This document shows positions 1 to 8,768 of a stretch of 33,763 nucleotides of DNA, one piece after another (the first letter of the stretch is position 1; every line of letters begins with the position of its first letter). The stretch is from a virus. Taxonomy: Duplodnaviria > Heunggongvirae > Uroviricota > Caudoviricetes. The stretch lies in IMG/VR virus record IMGVR_UViG_3300042946_001496; one strand, written 5' to 3'. The notes beneath the pieces are model-generated. The model was not told where the DNA came from. It searched no databases and saw only the letters and a program-made list of their open reading frames with translations. A program made the translations under genes and the position numbers.

Positions 1-282
1 AATCGACTAAAGCCTTAACCGGCGTTGATAGTTACGCAATGGCTGCCTGATAAAAAGGGCTCCACGAATTGAGGATGCTACGCAGGATGCGTCCAAAAAT
101 TCGTCGTTAAATCCTGCTGGTTTTCTGGTGTTCAACTTATCAGAAAATAAGAAAATAGGTTGAGAGACTTTAAAAACTTTTGTTTGTTGATGTTTTTAAA
201 GTCTTATTGAACAACAAACTAAACATGTAGATGTTATAAATTGAATTATTTCAGGACGCGGGTTCGACTCCCGCCGCCTCCA
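1..282 (+). ncRNA. ssrA: tmRNA, 3' portion (5' end lies outside the window)
   Basis: Tag frame GVDSYAMAA** at 21-53. tRNA-Ala-like 3' end GGACGCGGGTTCGACTCCCGCCGCCTCCA ends at 282; CCA is not encoded. Confidence 0.93.
21..53 (+). other. tmRNA proteolysis tag frame (A)GVDSYAMAA
   Basis: ggc gtt gat agt tac gca atg gct gcc tga taa; typical YAxAA ending with tandem stops. Resume codon inferred from the preceding TTAACC. Confidence 0.8.
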
Positions 283-289
283 ATTTAAC

Positions 290-320
290 TACCCACTATC
301 TGACTATTAGATAGTGGGTA
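290..320 (+). terminator. Hairpin / putative intrinsic terminator after tmRNA
   Basis: 12-bp perfect stem tacccactatct/agatagtgggta followed by T-rich tgttattt. Confidence 0.65.
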
Positions 321-387
321 TGTTATTTATGGTCCGTCACTTAAGAGCATCATTGGTTCTATTTAGGATCAACAATCTAAAAGGGGA

Positions 388-735
388 ATGGAAATGAGCA
401 TTCGCAAAGAACTTGGGAAAATCGAAAGTGTTAGTTTTGGATTTGGTGGATATCAAGAAGCTATGATGGGACTTTCACTTGGATTTTCTGGTGAAGGCTG
501 GGGAGTGAGTGATTTTATTAGTGGCTCTTGGCAATCAAGTATAAAGTGCGACGATCATTGTAAATGGAAAGAAAATGATCGTAGTATTGCTAGAGTTGCT
601 ATGGTTGAACGTATTGACAAAATCCTCACCGATGCTAAAGTCTACTCTGTAGATAAACTCAAGGGCAAGCCTGTTGAATTAACATTTGACGGCAATATGC
701 TTAAAGAGTGGAGAATTCTAACAGAGGTTCTTTAA
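388..735 (+). CDS. Hypothetical protein
   Basis: 115-aa ORF, AAGGGG RBS-like sequence upstream. Confidence 0.75.
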   Translation: MEMSIRKELGKIESVSFGFGGYQEAMMGLSLGFSGEGWGVSDFISGSWQSSIKCDDHCKWKENDRSIARVAMVERIDKILTDAKVYSVDKLKGKPVELTFDGNMLKEWRILTEVL

Positions 736-749
736 AATAGAGAGATTAT

Positions 750-992
750 GTGACGAGAAACTATAAAGATGCCGCAGTTGGTAAGCGAATTCGCTTATTA
801 GATGAAATGAATAATCCAAATTCTTCTTGGATGCCAAAAGAAGATTTGCCTGTTGGTTTAGAAGGCACGATTACCTATGTTTCAATTCATGGGAGTCATT
901 TAGATCAAATAGGAGTTAATTGGGATAACGGAAGGGTTTTAGGCATATTACCTTACAAAGATAATTATGAAGTTTATGAAGCTAACTCTTAA
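750..992 (+). CDS. DUF4314-like protein
   Basis: GKRIRLL...LPVGLEGTI...IGVNWDNGRVLGILP..D.YEV resembles the DUF4314 pattern. Confidence 0.6.
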   Translation: MTRNYKDAAVGKRIRLLDEMNNPNSSWMPKEDLPVGLEGTITYVSIHGSHLDQIGVNWDNGRVLGILPYKDNYEVYEANS

Positions 993-1031
993 TTATTAAT
1001 TTAAAATTGTTATGAGTTTCATAAATAATGC

Positions 1032-1283
1032 ATGCACTACAATGAAAATAGAAACAGAACAGGATTGAAATTCGGATATCCAGACGGATATTATAGATTT
1101 CAATATCCGCCCCTTTATAGCACACCAAGTAGTGCAACTGCTGCTTTAGATTTGGAAATTGAAAGAACTATGCCTAAATCAAAGGTCGAGAATAAAAAAG
1201 GCATCCCAGATCTAATTAAAAATCCAAAAGGTATGATTCATTTCCCAGAAATGTCTTTTAAGAATTGGCTAAAATTAATCTAA
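1032..1283 (+). CDS. Hypothetical protein
   Basis: 83-aa ORF; CATAAATA lies 4 nt before the ATG; ends MSFKNWLKLI. Confidence 0.7.
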   Translation: MHYNENRNRTGLKFGYPDGYYRFQYPPLYSTPSSATAALDLEIERTMPKSKVENKKGIPDLIKNPKGMIHFPEMSFKNWLKLI

Positions 1284-1341
1284 CAATCATTCACTTTAAT
1301 CAGTGTAATGGGCGTTCTTTTTCTATTTGAGATTGTATAAC

Positions 1342-1647
1342 ATGGAAAAAAATATTCCACCCTTTCCGTCTAGAAGATTTTATAAATCTTTTCTTTTTGG
1401 TTTAGTTGGTATTGATTACTGTTTGCATGATAACACTCTTCTTAATAATCATTTTGATTTGTTTGTAAAAGTTTGGTTTTTTAGACATGTGTTTGTAATA
1501 AAAAATAGATGCAAAGAACCTGGCACTCTTTACCAAAAAAAAGACTTTGAAGACGTTGAAATTGAACCGTATGTTTATCCAAGATCCGATTTTAAAGTTA
1601 GCAGAAACTGGTTGGATCGGGGTTATTTTGAAAGGATAGGATCATGA
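1342..1647 (+). CDS. Hypothetical protein
   Basis: ORF 1327-1647 with ATG at 1342 preferred; stop overlaps the next start. Confidence 0.6.
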   Translation: MEKNIPPFPSRRFYKSFLFGLVGIDYCLHDNTLLNNHFDLFVKVWFFRHVFVIKNRCKEPGTLYQKKDFEDVEIEPYVYPRSDFKVSRNWLDRGYFERIGS

Positions 1648-1835
1648 CGCCATACGAACTTGAAACTTTGCTTAAAGAACATTTCCAGCTGGGGATAACA
1701 ATTGACGACAATTATCATGAGTACTCAGATGGTAGTGGATCTTACAGACAGTTTAAGGTCAATGTTACGTTATTCGGTCCAGAAGGCGAAGTTGTTCTTA
1801 CAGACTCTACTAGTTTTGATGTAGACAATCAATGA
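1644..1835 (+). CDS. Hypothetical protein
   Basis: 63 aa; its stop overlaps the next ATG (ATGA). Confidence 0.7.
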   Translation: MTPYELETLLKEHFQLGITIDDNYHEYSDGSGSYRQFKVNVTLFGPEGEVVLTDSTSFDVDNQ

Positions 1836-2050
1836 CCTTTAAAGAAGGGGCTTATACTGCATGTGATCTTTATTGGTACGCAAAAAAAATTAATGGTAAA
1901 CTCCCAGACAATCTACATACAGAAATGCTTTTGTTTTCTTTTAAAAAAAGAGAAACAGTTGTTCCGCAATTAAATTACGGAGAAGTGTTTCTTAAAATGT
2001 ATAATGATAATAATTTCTGGGTAAAATTATACAAGGAGTTAGTAGAATGA
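1832..2050 (+). CDS. Hypothetical protein
   Basis: 72 aa, ATGA-coupled on both sides. Confidence 0.7.
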   Translation: MTFKEGAYTACDLYWYAKKINGKLPDNLHTEMLLFSFKKRETVVPQLNYGEVFLKMYNDNNFWVKLYKELVE

Positions 2051-2436
2051 AAAAAGCATTCACTTTAGTCGAGCTGCTGGTTGTTATCGCTATAGTTGGA
2101 ATTTTGGCTATGCTGTTAGTCCCTGCTATTCATTACGCAATAGCATTAAAAAATGCTAAAGTTGAAGTTTTTCAATGTGTAAAAACATATACTTTAACTG
2201 AGACTCATGGTTTTGATGAAGATAAAAGAATATCAACGGTTTTAAAAGTTAATTTGCATCGTTTAAAGTCTGACCAAGTATTAGTTTTTACGGTGGAAGA
2301 AGAAACGGTTTATGCTCAATTTGAATCTGGTAAGTATTACGAGGTAGTCTACTATAAAGTTTTTGACAACAATTTCATAAAGTCTGCAAAGATATTAGCG
2401 AATACTGTCGCTGAAAATGGAGAAAGCACTAATTAA
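2047..2436 (+). CDS. Prepilin-type N-terminal cleavage/methylation domain protein
   Basis: MKKA|FTLVELLVVIAIVGILAMLLVPA: class III signal with Phe+1, Glu+5 and a hydrophobic helix. Confidence 0.88.
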   Translation: MKKAFTLVELLVVIAIVGILAMLLVPAIHYAIALKNAKVEVFQCVKTYTLTETHGFDEDKRISTVLKVNLHRLKSDQVLVFTVEEETVYAQFESGKYYEVVYYKVFDNNFIKSAKILANTVAENGESTN

Positions 2437-2704
2437 CACTTTTTTTTCAACACTTAGAGTTCTTGCAATATGTTATGGTCTTTGGTATTTTTTGTGGATA
2501 TTGCCTGGATTTTTTTTAAGTGATGAATCTTTTCAAAAATACATGGATATTGTCTGGAGATTTTCTGAAAAAGATAAACAAGACCCATCTAGATTTTCTG
2601 GACCATTGATGACTTGGCTTTTCATCCAAGTTCCAGCAGGTTTAATAATAATTTTTTTAACTGAAGTTATTTTTAGACTTTTAAAGTATTTCAATGCAAT
2701 CTGA
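2417..2704 (+). CDS. Membrane protein, two predicted TM helices
   Basis: Two hydrophobic segments (VLAICYGLWYFLWILPGFFL; LMTWLFIQVPAGLIIIFL). Confidence 0.65.
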   Translation: MEKALINTFFSTLRVLAICYGLWYFLWILPGFFLSDESFQKYMDIVWRFSEKDKQDPSRFSGPLMTWLFIQVPAGLIIIFLTEVIFRLLKYFNAI

Positions 2705-2978
2705 AACAAAACTTAAAAGTTTTCTTGATACTAAGAAAATCTACAATGCAGAATTCTTTTACGGACGCAATCGTTATTCTGCTGATAATAGTTGGAAAAT
2801 TTACGGATCGTTGGACTACAAAAAATTTACACAAACATTTTTTACTGTAGAATTGTCGCTTGTTATAGAGTTTGATGAAAAAAATAACCTTGTCATGACC
2901 AAAGATGAGGTTTTTGAAATAATTAACCGGAAGCCAAGCTTTTGGAGCACTCTAAAAGACAAAACCGGTCTGCGTTGA
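2694..2978 (+). CDS. LxSF-leader protein, family B (FD..E/FW type)
   Basis: Starts MQSETKLKSF; IEFDEKN...FWSTL parallels 10267, 10547, 11705 and 12030. Confidence 0.7.
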   Translation: MQSETKLKSFLDTKKIYNAEFFYGRNRYSADNSWKIYGSLDYKKFTQTFFTVELSLVIEFDEKNNLVMTKDEVFEIINRKPSFWSTLKDKTGLR

Positions 2979-2986
2979 AATTTCAT

Positions 2987-3003
2987 TTTCTTTCTGGTAT
3001 GCT
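2987..3003 (+). promoter_or_regulatory. Recurrent motif TTTCYTTYTGGTAYGCT, copy 1
   Basis: tttctttctggtatgct, intergenic, upstream of ATG 3038. Confidence 0.55.
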
Positions 3004-3037
3004 CGTCGTTGTGTAGAAAACCCCAGAAAGTCATCTT

Positions 3038-3211
3038 ATGTCTAAACCAAATCACTATAGTTTCGACATCTACAGAGTTTATGTTGAAAATGAAAAAGAA
3101 TTAGTAAGTTTAGAAATTGACAATGTAATATCTTGGGATAGTTTTAAGCTTAAGATGACAAAAGAAGAATTTGAAAAATTTGTACTTTTTGTTCAAGGGT
3201 ATCTCAAATGA
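3038..3211 (+). CDS. Hypothetical protein (57 aa, below ORF-track cutoff)
   Basis: MSKPNHYSFD...VQGYLK*; fills the gap and is ATGA-coupled to 3208. Confidence 0.65.
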   Translation: MSKPNHYSFDIYRVYVENEKELVSLEIDNVISWDSFKLKMTKEEFEKFVLFVQGYLK

Positions 3212-3396
3212 TAATTGACTTTTTTCTTACAGCAAATATCAAACGTGATAGTGTGGTAGATTTGCTTAAAAAAGCTTTAGAGCAAGAAACCGGAAAGAAA
3301 GTGGAACATATCAAGTTTGATACAGCCCAGATGTCAGGTAACTTTGATGGAATTACTGTAACTTTTGCTAAAGAAAAACTTGAGCCCATAGATTAA
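3208..3396 (+). CDS. Hypothetical protein
   Basis: 62-aa coupled ORF. Confidence 0.65.
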   Translation: MIIDFFLTANIKRDSVVDLLKKALEQETGKKVEHIKFDTAQMSGNFDGITVTFAKEKLEPID

Positions 3397-3419
3397 GAAC
3401 ATCTAAAAGGAAATAAAAT

Positions 3420-3698
3420 ATGATTAGTATCGGAAAAGAAAAAGCAGTCTCTTTCTATGACACAAAATGGTGGGAAAATTGCACAGATCAAGAGATTGTG
3501 AGATTTCAACTTTTTGTTGAAGAACTCTGTGTGCCGTTTAGCAAATTCCATGAAGCAGTAGAAAGTGTGCTAGATCATGCAGTATTTACTCATTCCTTTG
3601 CTTTGAATTATGGCGGAATAGTTAGTGAATTTCTAAAAGAACGTAGTGCTCCTACAGAAAAAGAAGTTGTTGACTTCTATCAGAAGTGGGTTAAATGA
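3420..3698 (+). CDS. Hypothetical protein
   Basis: 92 aa, AAGGA upstream, coupled to the next gene. Confidence 0.75.
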   Translation: MISIGKEKAVSFYDTKWWENCTDQEIVRFQLFVEELCVPFSKFHEAVESVLDHAVFTHSFALNYGGIVSEFLKERSAPTEKEVVDFYQKWVK

Positions 3699-3880
3699 GT
3701 AGCAACGAGTCACAACATAACAAATATTGGTCTGAGCTTAAAAAGCTATCTGATCAAGAAAATGTTATTGAATTCTTAAAACTGTACTGCAAGTATCTAG
3801 AAGCCTCCAACATTATCTCCCCTTCTAGGGGAATCTTATACAAAATGATACAAAAGACTATAAACGCACTAGATAAGTGA
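3695..3880 (+). CDS. Hypothetical protein
   Basis: 61-aa coupled ORF. Confidence 0.6.
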   Translation: MSSNESQHNKYWSELKKLSDQENVIEFLKLYCKYLEASNIISPSRGILYKMIQKTINALDK

Positions 3881-4092
3881 CTTATCTTGAAGATTGGTTG
3901 AATAAAATCAATTGGGGCTATGGGATGGGTCAACCATCTAGAATTCTAAGCAACAAAACTTCTCTTTTAGAGCAAGTTAAAGCAGCAAGAACAGACGAAG
4001 AGATATTAAAAACATTCAAGTATATTTTTCATGGTGCGTTAGAAGAAAAATTTTCAAGTGATCTTAAAAAAAATAAAACGGGCAAAAAATAA
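3877..4092 (+). CDS. Hypothetical protein
   Basis: 71-aa coupled ORF, GTG start. Confidence 0.6.
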   Translation: MTYLEDWLNKINWGYGMGQPSRILSNKTSLLEQVKAARTDEEILKTFKYIFHGALEEKFSSDLKKNKTGKK

Positions 4093-4117
4093 AAGATAAA
4101 ATTAACTTAACTTTTCA

Positions 4118-4151
4118 AGTATCCCTCTTGCCTAAAAACAAGAGGGATACT
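4118..4151 (+). terminator. Hairpin / putative terminator
   Basis: 13-bp perfect stem agtatccctcttg/caagagggatact, 8-nt loop, followed by ctattttat. Confidence 0.6.
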
Positions 4152-4198
4152 CTATTTTATAGATAAAACTTTTGATTGTTAATTTCATAAATAAATCC

Positions 4199-4699
4199 AT
4201 GAACAATAAAAAATTAGTATACGCACTAAGACACAACCCACAAAAATTTGGATTAAATCCTGATGAAGAGGGATGGGTTGATCTTCAAACATTTCTTAAT
4301 GTGATGAAAATCACAAAAGATCAATTAAACAACATTATCCAAAACATGGATAAAAAAAGATTAGAGATTAAAGACGATAAAATTAGGGCTGCTTACGGAC
4401 ATTCTTACTCAAGCAGGGTTAAAAGAGAAGAAACCAAACCTCCTGATGTTCTGTATCACGGAACACCTTCTTTTACAGCTTTTTTAATTAAAAAAGAAGG
4501 GCTTAAACCTATGTCTAGACAATACGTTCACCTTTCCACTAGTCCAAAAACAGCTATAATAGTTGGTCAAAGAAGACAAGAAAATCCAACCATTCTTCGA
4601 ATAGATGCAAAAAAAGCATTTGAAGATGGCGTTAAATTCTACTATAGCAATGAGGATATCTGGCTGGCAGATTACATTCCTTCAAAATACATATCTTAA
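4199..4699 (+). CDS. kptA: RNA 2'-phosphotransferase, KptA/Tpt1 family
   Basis: LRHNP..FGL..D.EGWV, KKR.E, IRAAYGHS, LYHGT, GLKPMSRQYVHLS and W.ADYIP motifs. ATG 4199 preferred over TTG 4172. Confidence 0.93.
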   Translation: MNNKKLVYALRHNPQKFGLNPDEEGWVDLQTFLNVMKITKDQLNNIIQNMDKKRLEIKDDKIRAAYGHSYSSRVKREETKPPDVLYHGTPSFTAFLIKKEGLKPMSRQYVHLSTSPKTAIIVGQRRQENPTILRIDAKKAFEDGVKFYYSNEDIWLADYIPSKYIS

Positions 4700-4795
4700 C
4701 AAAAAATTTCCTTTTGGTACGCTCCTTTTTGGGAAACAAGGGAGACACTCTATTTGTTGGAGAACAACTTTGATTAATTTTTCTAATTATGATAA
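4693..4795 (+). repeat. ~100-bp dispersed repeat, copy 1 (copy 2 at 31459-31559)
   Basis: atcttaacaaaaaatttc...tggtacgctcc...caagggaga.actctattt.ttggagaa...aatttttctaattatgataa aligns at roughly 90% by eye. Confidence 0.9.
4707..4723 (+). promoter_or_regulatory. Recurrent motif, copy 2
   Basis: tttccttttggtacgct. Confidence 0.6.
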
Positions 4796-5072
4796 AGATG
4801 GCAATCCTGTCACTGATTCTTCTCATCACAAGCATCTTTTAAGCATTGTGAAAGTTTTGCCCACCGACTATAATCCTTGGGGAAATGTTGTAAGGTGGCA
4901 GGACAGTTCCCTAGCATACCCGGATTGCTGCTCCTGCCGCTACTACGCTGCCCTAGAAGGCAGACTAGGGATGGATTGGGGAGTATGCACCAAACCCGAA
5001 TCGCCCCGCAGCGGGCTTTTAACTTTTGAACATCAAGCGGGTTTTGGTTGCCATGAGGACGATGAGCAGTGA
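4770..5072 (+). CDS. Cys-rich protein, DUF3027-like (start uncertain: TTG 4770 or GTG 4848)
   Basis: DCCSCRYYAALEGRLGMDWGVCTKPESPRSGLLTFEH..GC pattern. Confidence 0.55.
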   Translation: MINFSNYDKDGNPVTDSSHHKHLLSIVKVLPTDYNPWGNVVRWQDSSLAYPDCCSCRYYAALEGRLGMDWGVCTKPESPRSGLLTFEHQAGFGCHEDDEQ

Positions 5073-5341
5073 GTGAAGATTTAAAAGATTTACTTTATAG
5101 TTTTGAAGAAGGTCTCAATAAAGAAGAACTTATTAAGTGGGTTGTTGGTAATGGCGGAACAATTACCTCTGATGATCCCCAAAGTAATATAGTTATTGGT
5201 AAAATTTACAATGCATCTTTTCGTTATTTTATTGACGAAGATTGGTGCGGAGTTACCCCTAGTAAAGATAAGAATTGGCGAAAAGCAATTGCGTGTTATA
5301 CTTTTTTAGATTTTAAAGAAACAGTAAAAAGATTGGATTAA
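5069..5341 (+). CDS. Hypothetical protein
   Basis: 90-aa coupled ORF. Confidence 0.65.
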   Translation: MSEDLKDLLYSFEEGLNKEELIKWVVGNGGTITSDDPQSNIVIGKIYNASFRYFIDEDWCGVTPSKDKNWRKAIACYTFLDFKETVKRLD

Positions 5342-5343
5342 AA

Positions 5344-5751
5344 ATGATATCTAAAGCGACCAAAAACGCAGATATTTACACAAATGAAAACTCTGTGGTT
5401 ATGTACCTACAAGCAAAAAAGTATAAAGTTACGGTAGATGTAGAATATGAGGACTATGGTATGCCTAGAAGCGCAACTGTAGTAATCGAGCCTAGCGATG
5501 AGCCTGTTACAGAGTCTTTAAGAGATCCTAATTTAGCATACCATTATAATCCATGGTCTGCATATTATAAATTTGGAGGATTTCCAGTATTCATACAAAA
5601 TCCTGTTGCTCCTTGCACAAATGAAGGCAAACCGTATGATTATATTTGTACTATCAACAATCATTGGGGAGACGATGGAAATGGAAATGTTTTTGCGTTG
5701 ATCAACGATGGTGTTGTAGAAGATGTCTACATAGAGGCTAATTGCGCCTGA
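5344..5751 (+). CDS. Hypothetical protein; C-terminus resembles YwqG/DUF1963
   Basis: KFGGFPVFIQ...WGDDGNGNVF...C. Confidence 0.5.
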   Translation: MISKATKNADIYTNENSVVMYLQAKKYKVTVDVEYEDYGMPRSATVVIEPSDEPVTESLRDPNLAYHYNPWSAYYKFGGFPVFIQNPVAPCTNEGKPYDYICTINNHWGDDGNGNVFALINDGVVEDVYIEANCA

Positions 5752-6092
5752 TGATTATTTCTCAATTAAAGCTTTTTCTTGATTCTAAACATCGAAACCT
5801 TTGGATTCAAGATGATTATATGTCTGTCTATGTTAGAAAAGCAAAGCGATTTTTAGATAAATCTTTTTTAACGACATTAGACATAGCTTCTGTTGAAGTT
5901 GAAGAGAGTAAAAGAAACTGTGGTCTTTGGAGCAACTTTTTAAGACAATCGCATGAAATAAACCCATATCAAGCCACTTATGTTGAATCTGTGCTTAATC
6001 CAATTTTGTTTGAATCACTCAGCAAACATGGATGGATAATTGCAGGAGAAAACAATTTTTATATGAAAACTGAAAAGTGTGTCACCTGCTAG
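5751..6092 (+). CDS. Putative GNAT-fold acetyltransferase
   Basis: LDIASVEVEESKRNCGLWS resembles GNAT motif A; later VESVLNP..L.KHGW. Confidence 0.45.
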   Translation: MIISQLKLFLDSKHRNLWIQDDYMSVYVRKAKRFLDKSFLTTLDIASVEVEESKRNCGLWSNFLRQSHEINPYQATYVESVLNPILFESLSKHGWIIAGENNFYMKTEKCVTC

Positions 6093-6106
6093 ACTGCTGA
6101 GGCTAC

Positions 6107-6337
6107 ATGAATATTTATATTCTTTTAAAGGTTCAAGCGACAGGTGAAGGGTTTTTTAGTGAAGTTGTCACTACATTCGCTAACAAAACAGCTATTCCTG
6201 ATTATGTTAAGAAAAACCTTCTTAATTATAAGCAAGATGAAAACAGCGAATTAACCTGGCACGAAGTTGATTGTGCGGGAAGATTAGACAAAGATAGTTT
6301 TCTTGCCGTAGAAGAACATACTATCGAAGATTTGTGA
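6107..6337 (+). CDS. Hypothetical protein
   Basis: 76 aa, GAGG upstream. Confidence 0.7.
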   Translation: MNIYILLKVQATGEGFFSEVVTTFANKTAIPDYVKKNLLNYKQDENSELTWHEVDCAGRLDKDSFLAVEEHTIEDL

Positions 6338-6352
6338 ATTCTTGTTTCAAGG

Positions 6353-7204
6353 ATGAGATTTATGCCTAAGAACTTATGGACAAAAGAAGAAGTTGATGTT
6401 CTGTTAAACGCAGAAGATAAAAAAAAAATAACACTGCCTAACAGATCATCTAAATCTATTCAAAAAAAACTTATTAGGCTCAAGCTGATTAAACCTGCTT
6501 TTAAAATGCGTCAAAAGTTTAGTAAAAAAGCATGGACTAACGAAGAAATAAATCTTTTAAAAAGTTCCAAAGATCCAAGAAATGTTAAAATTCCCGGCAG
6601 AAGTAGAAACAGCATTTGCGGAATGGCTGTTAAACTTGGGTTGACTAATAAAAAGCCTGCTAGGCGTCCTTGGAGCAAGAAAAACGAAAAGATTTTATTA
6701 GAATTAAACAAACAAGGCAAAACTCCTATCGAAATATTTCGAATGAAAGTTTTACCGTATTCAAAAAACAGCATACAAAAGAAATTAGTTGGTTTTGGTT
6801 TATGTAAGAAAATTAAGTTTAGCAGCGAACTTAAAATTAAGTTTAAGAATTTCTTAAAAGAAAGCTATTTTGGCAAGACTCCGCAAGAGCTTGTTGACCT
6901 CTGGAACAGTCAGAATAATGTCAAAGTAAACAAATCTAAAATTTGCAAATATCTTTCTGTTTACAACCTTCGTTTGCCAGAAGGCGAAACCATAAAGATT
7001 AATAATCTTAAAAAGAAAGAAGCAGAAATTAAAAAGCAAGAAGCTATTAATCCCAATAGAAAAGACACCAATGTCCTAGAAGCTATACGAAAAGCCAGGG
7101 TTGAGTTTATGATTAAGCGTGCCGAAAAGAACAGGAATATTTGGAGTGGATTGCCTTTGTCGCAAGAAGAAATTCGTAGTATTCAACTAGAAACACAGAT
7201 TTAA
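6353..7204 (+). CDS. Basic protein with tandem Myb/SANT-like HTH repeats
   Basis: Three repeats: WTKEEVDVLL..RSSKSIQKKL, WTNEEINLLK..RSRNSICG, WSKKNEKILL..YSKNSIQKKL. Confidence 0.6.
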   Translation: MRFMPKNLWTKEEVDVLLNAEDKKKITLPNRSSKSIQKKLIRLKLIKPAFKMRQKFSKKAWTNEEINLLKSSKDPRNVKIPGRSRNSICGMAVKLGLTNKKPARRPWSKKNEKILLELNKQGKTPIEIFRMKVLPYSKNSIQKKLVGFGLCKKIKFSSELKIKFKNFLKESYFGKTPQELVDLWNSQNNVKVNKSKICKYLSVYNLRLPEGETIKINNLKKKEAEIKKQEAINPNRKDTNVLEAIRKARVEFMIKRAEKNRNIWSGLPLSQEEIRSIQLETQI

Positions 7205-7206
7205 AG

Positions 7207-7614
7207 ATGAATAAAAAACTTTTAAATTCGTTTGTAGAAATATCTGATAATCTTAAAAGTTTTATTAAAGATCATGAACTTTGGCTTTATCATAATTCTT
7301 ATGACGGGGATAATGAAGAAAAAGCTCTTAAAAATCTTTTAGACTACATTAAAGAAAATCTTGATCATCAGTATTTTTGCACCATATATCGCACAGCGTA
7401 CCACCCCACCAAACCATCTGATGATGGTGATCAAGAAATGTTTTTTGGAGATAAACAAACAGTTGAAGAAAAATTACAAGACTATCCATATTTTAAAGGA
7501 AAATATAGTTTTACAATGCTTTTTAATATTAAAGAAGATAAAGAAGCCTTTATTATACTCAGCGAACGCCTCGGCTACATTACATGTAGCGATCCCTGGA
7601 TGAAAAATTACTAA
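7207..7614 (+). CDS. LxSF-leader protein (singleton)
   Basis: MNKKLLNSF, 135 aa. Confidence 0.75.
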   Translation: MNKKLLNSFVEISDNLKSFIKDHELWLYHNSYDGDNEEKALKNLLDYIKENLDHQYFCTIYRTAYHPTKPSDDGDQEMFFGDKQTVEEKLQDYPYFKGKYSFTMLFNIKEDKEAFIILSERLGYITCSDPWMKNY

Positions 7615-7638
7615 CAGTTTTAAAGCATTCGTAAATTT

Positions 7639-7980
7639 ATGAACTTCCAACAAGATGATTGGGACGAAGAAAAAATCCTTAAAGTTAAAAAGATTTTATT
7701 TGATAAATGGCAAAAAATTTGTTTTAATTTAAGTCCACACACCCCAGCAGCACCAACAAATATAAATAATCAAATTGAATGGAAAAAATGGTTAGCCGAT
7801 AATGGAATTAAAAAATATAAAGAATTGTGGATATGTATTCAATTTTTAGATAGCAATCATATAATGGTAGATATAAGCCCAAAATCACATCCACACGCAG
7901 GTGATGATTACAAGCTTTTTCTTCTTGTTCCAAAAGATTTTGCAAAAAAACTTATAGTACTAAGCACATTTGAAGATTAA
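7639..7980 (+). CDS. Hypothetical protein
   Basis: 113-aa ORF. Confidence 0.65.
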   Translation: MNFQQDDWDEEKILKVKKILFDKWQKICFNLSPHTPAAPTNINNQIEWKKWLADNGIKKYKELWICIQFLDSNHIMVDISPKSHPHAGDDYKLFLLVPKDFAKKLIVLSTFED

Positions 7981-7981
7981 T

Positions 7982-8359
7982 ATGAGCTTATTAAACAAAT
8001 TTCGATCTGACACCGAAAAATTAAATAAAGCTTGGAGAGATGATCTTGATAATTTAAGCGATGACGATAAAGTTAAAAAAATTGATGATATATTAAAAAA
8101 AGTAAAAGAATACAATATTATTGTAGGTCGCAAATATTATATTTTAGAAGACATAGTGCTTTACTACAACTTGCAAGACAACGAAAAACTTAAAGACTTA
8201 ATGATAAGAACATTTGGTAAAAATCCAAAATATTCTTACATGTGTGCTACACTTATACAAAAACGAATACCAGAATTAGAAGAAATTATTAATCAAGATC
8301 TCGCATATTTAGAGTATTACAATAAATTTATGCAAAGTATCGAGCTTTCTAATGAATAA
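7982..8359 (+). CDS. Hypothetical protein with near-motif leader (MSLLNKF)
   Basis: ATG 7982 in ORF 7970-8359. Confidence 0.65.
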   Translation: MSLLNKFRSDTEKLNKAWRDDLDNLSDDDKVKKIDDILKKVKEYNIIVGRKYYILEDIVLYYNLQDNEKLKDLMIRTFGKNPKYSYMCATLIQKRIPELEEIINQDLAYLEYYNKFMQSIELSNE

Positions 8360-8768
8360 AGATCTACTAAACAGTTTCGTTCCTGTTGAAAACCAGATAA
8401 AAGATGCTATAGCTAAAGACATAGTCAATATTGAAAAGTTTCTTAAAAAAAGAAAAAGAATATTGAACTATTGGGAGCTTGATCGCAATGAAATAAAGTG
8501 TTTGCGATTACTGCTTAAGAATTTGCATGAAATTAAAAATCGTGAAGAAACTTTGCTTTTTGGATATTTTACTTTTGAAATAAAAGCAGATATTTCAAAA
8601 ATAGACGTTCATGACTTTAGAGAGATTATAAGAAATTTTACACCTGAAACATTAAAAGTTTTAGTTGCCAATAAGATAGAGGCAGATTGCGAACTAACAG
8701 ACAAATCAAATGTATACAACGTAGAACATCTTATTGTTGAGTGCGGAGAAAGAAAATGTCAAAACTAG
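8352..8768 (+). CDS. LxSF-leader protein (singleton)
   Basis: MNKDLLNSF, 138 aa. Confidence 0.7.
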   Translation: MNKDLLNSFVPVENQIKDAIAKDIVNIEKFLKKRKRILNYWELDRNEIKCLRLLLKNLHEIKNREETLLFGYFTFEIKADISKIDVHDFREIIRNFTPETLKVLVANKIEADCELTDKSNVYNVEHLIVECGERKCQN

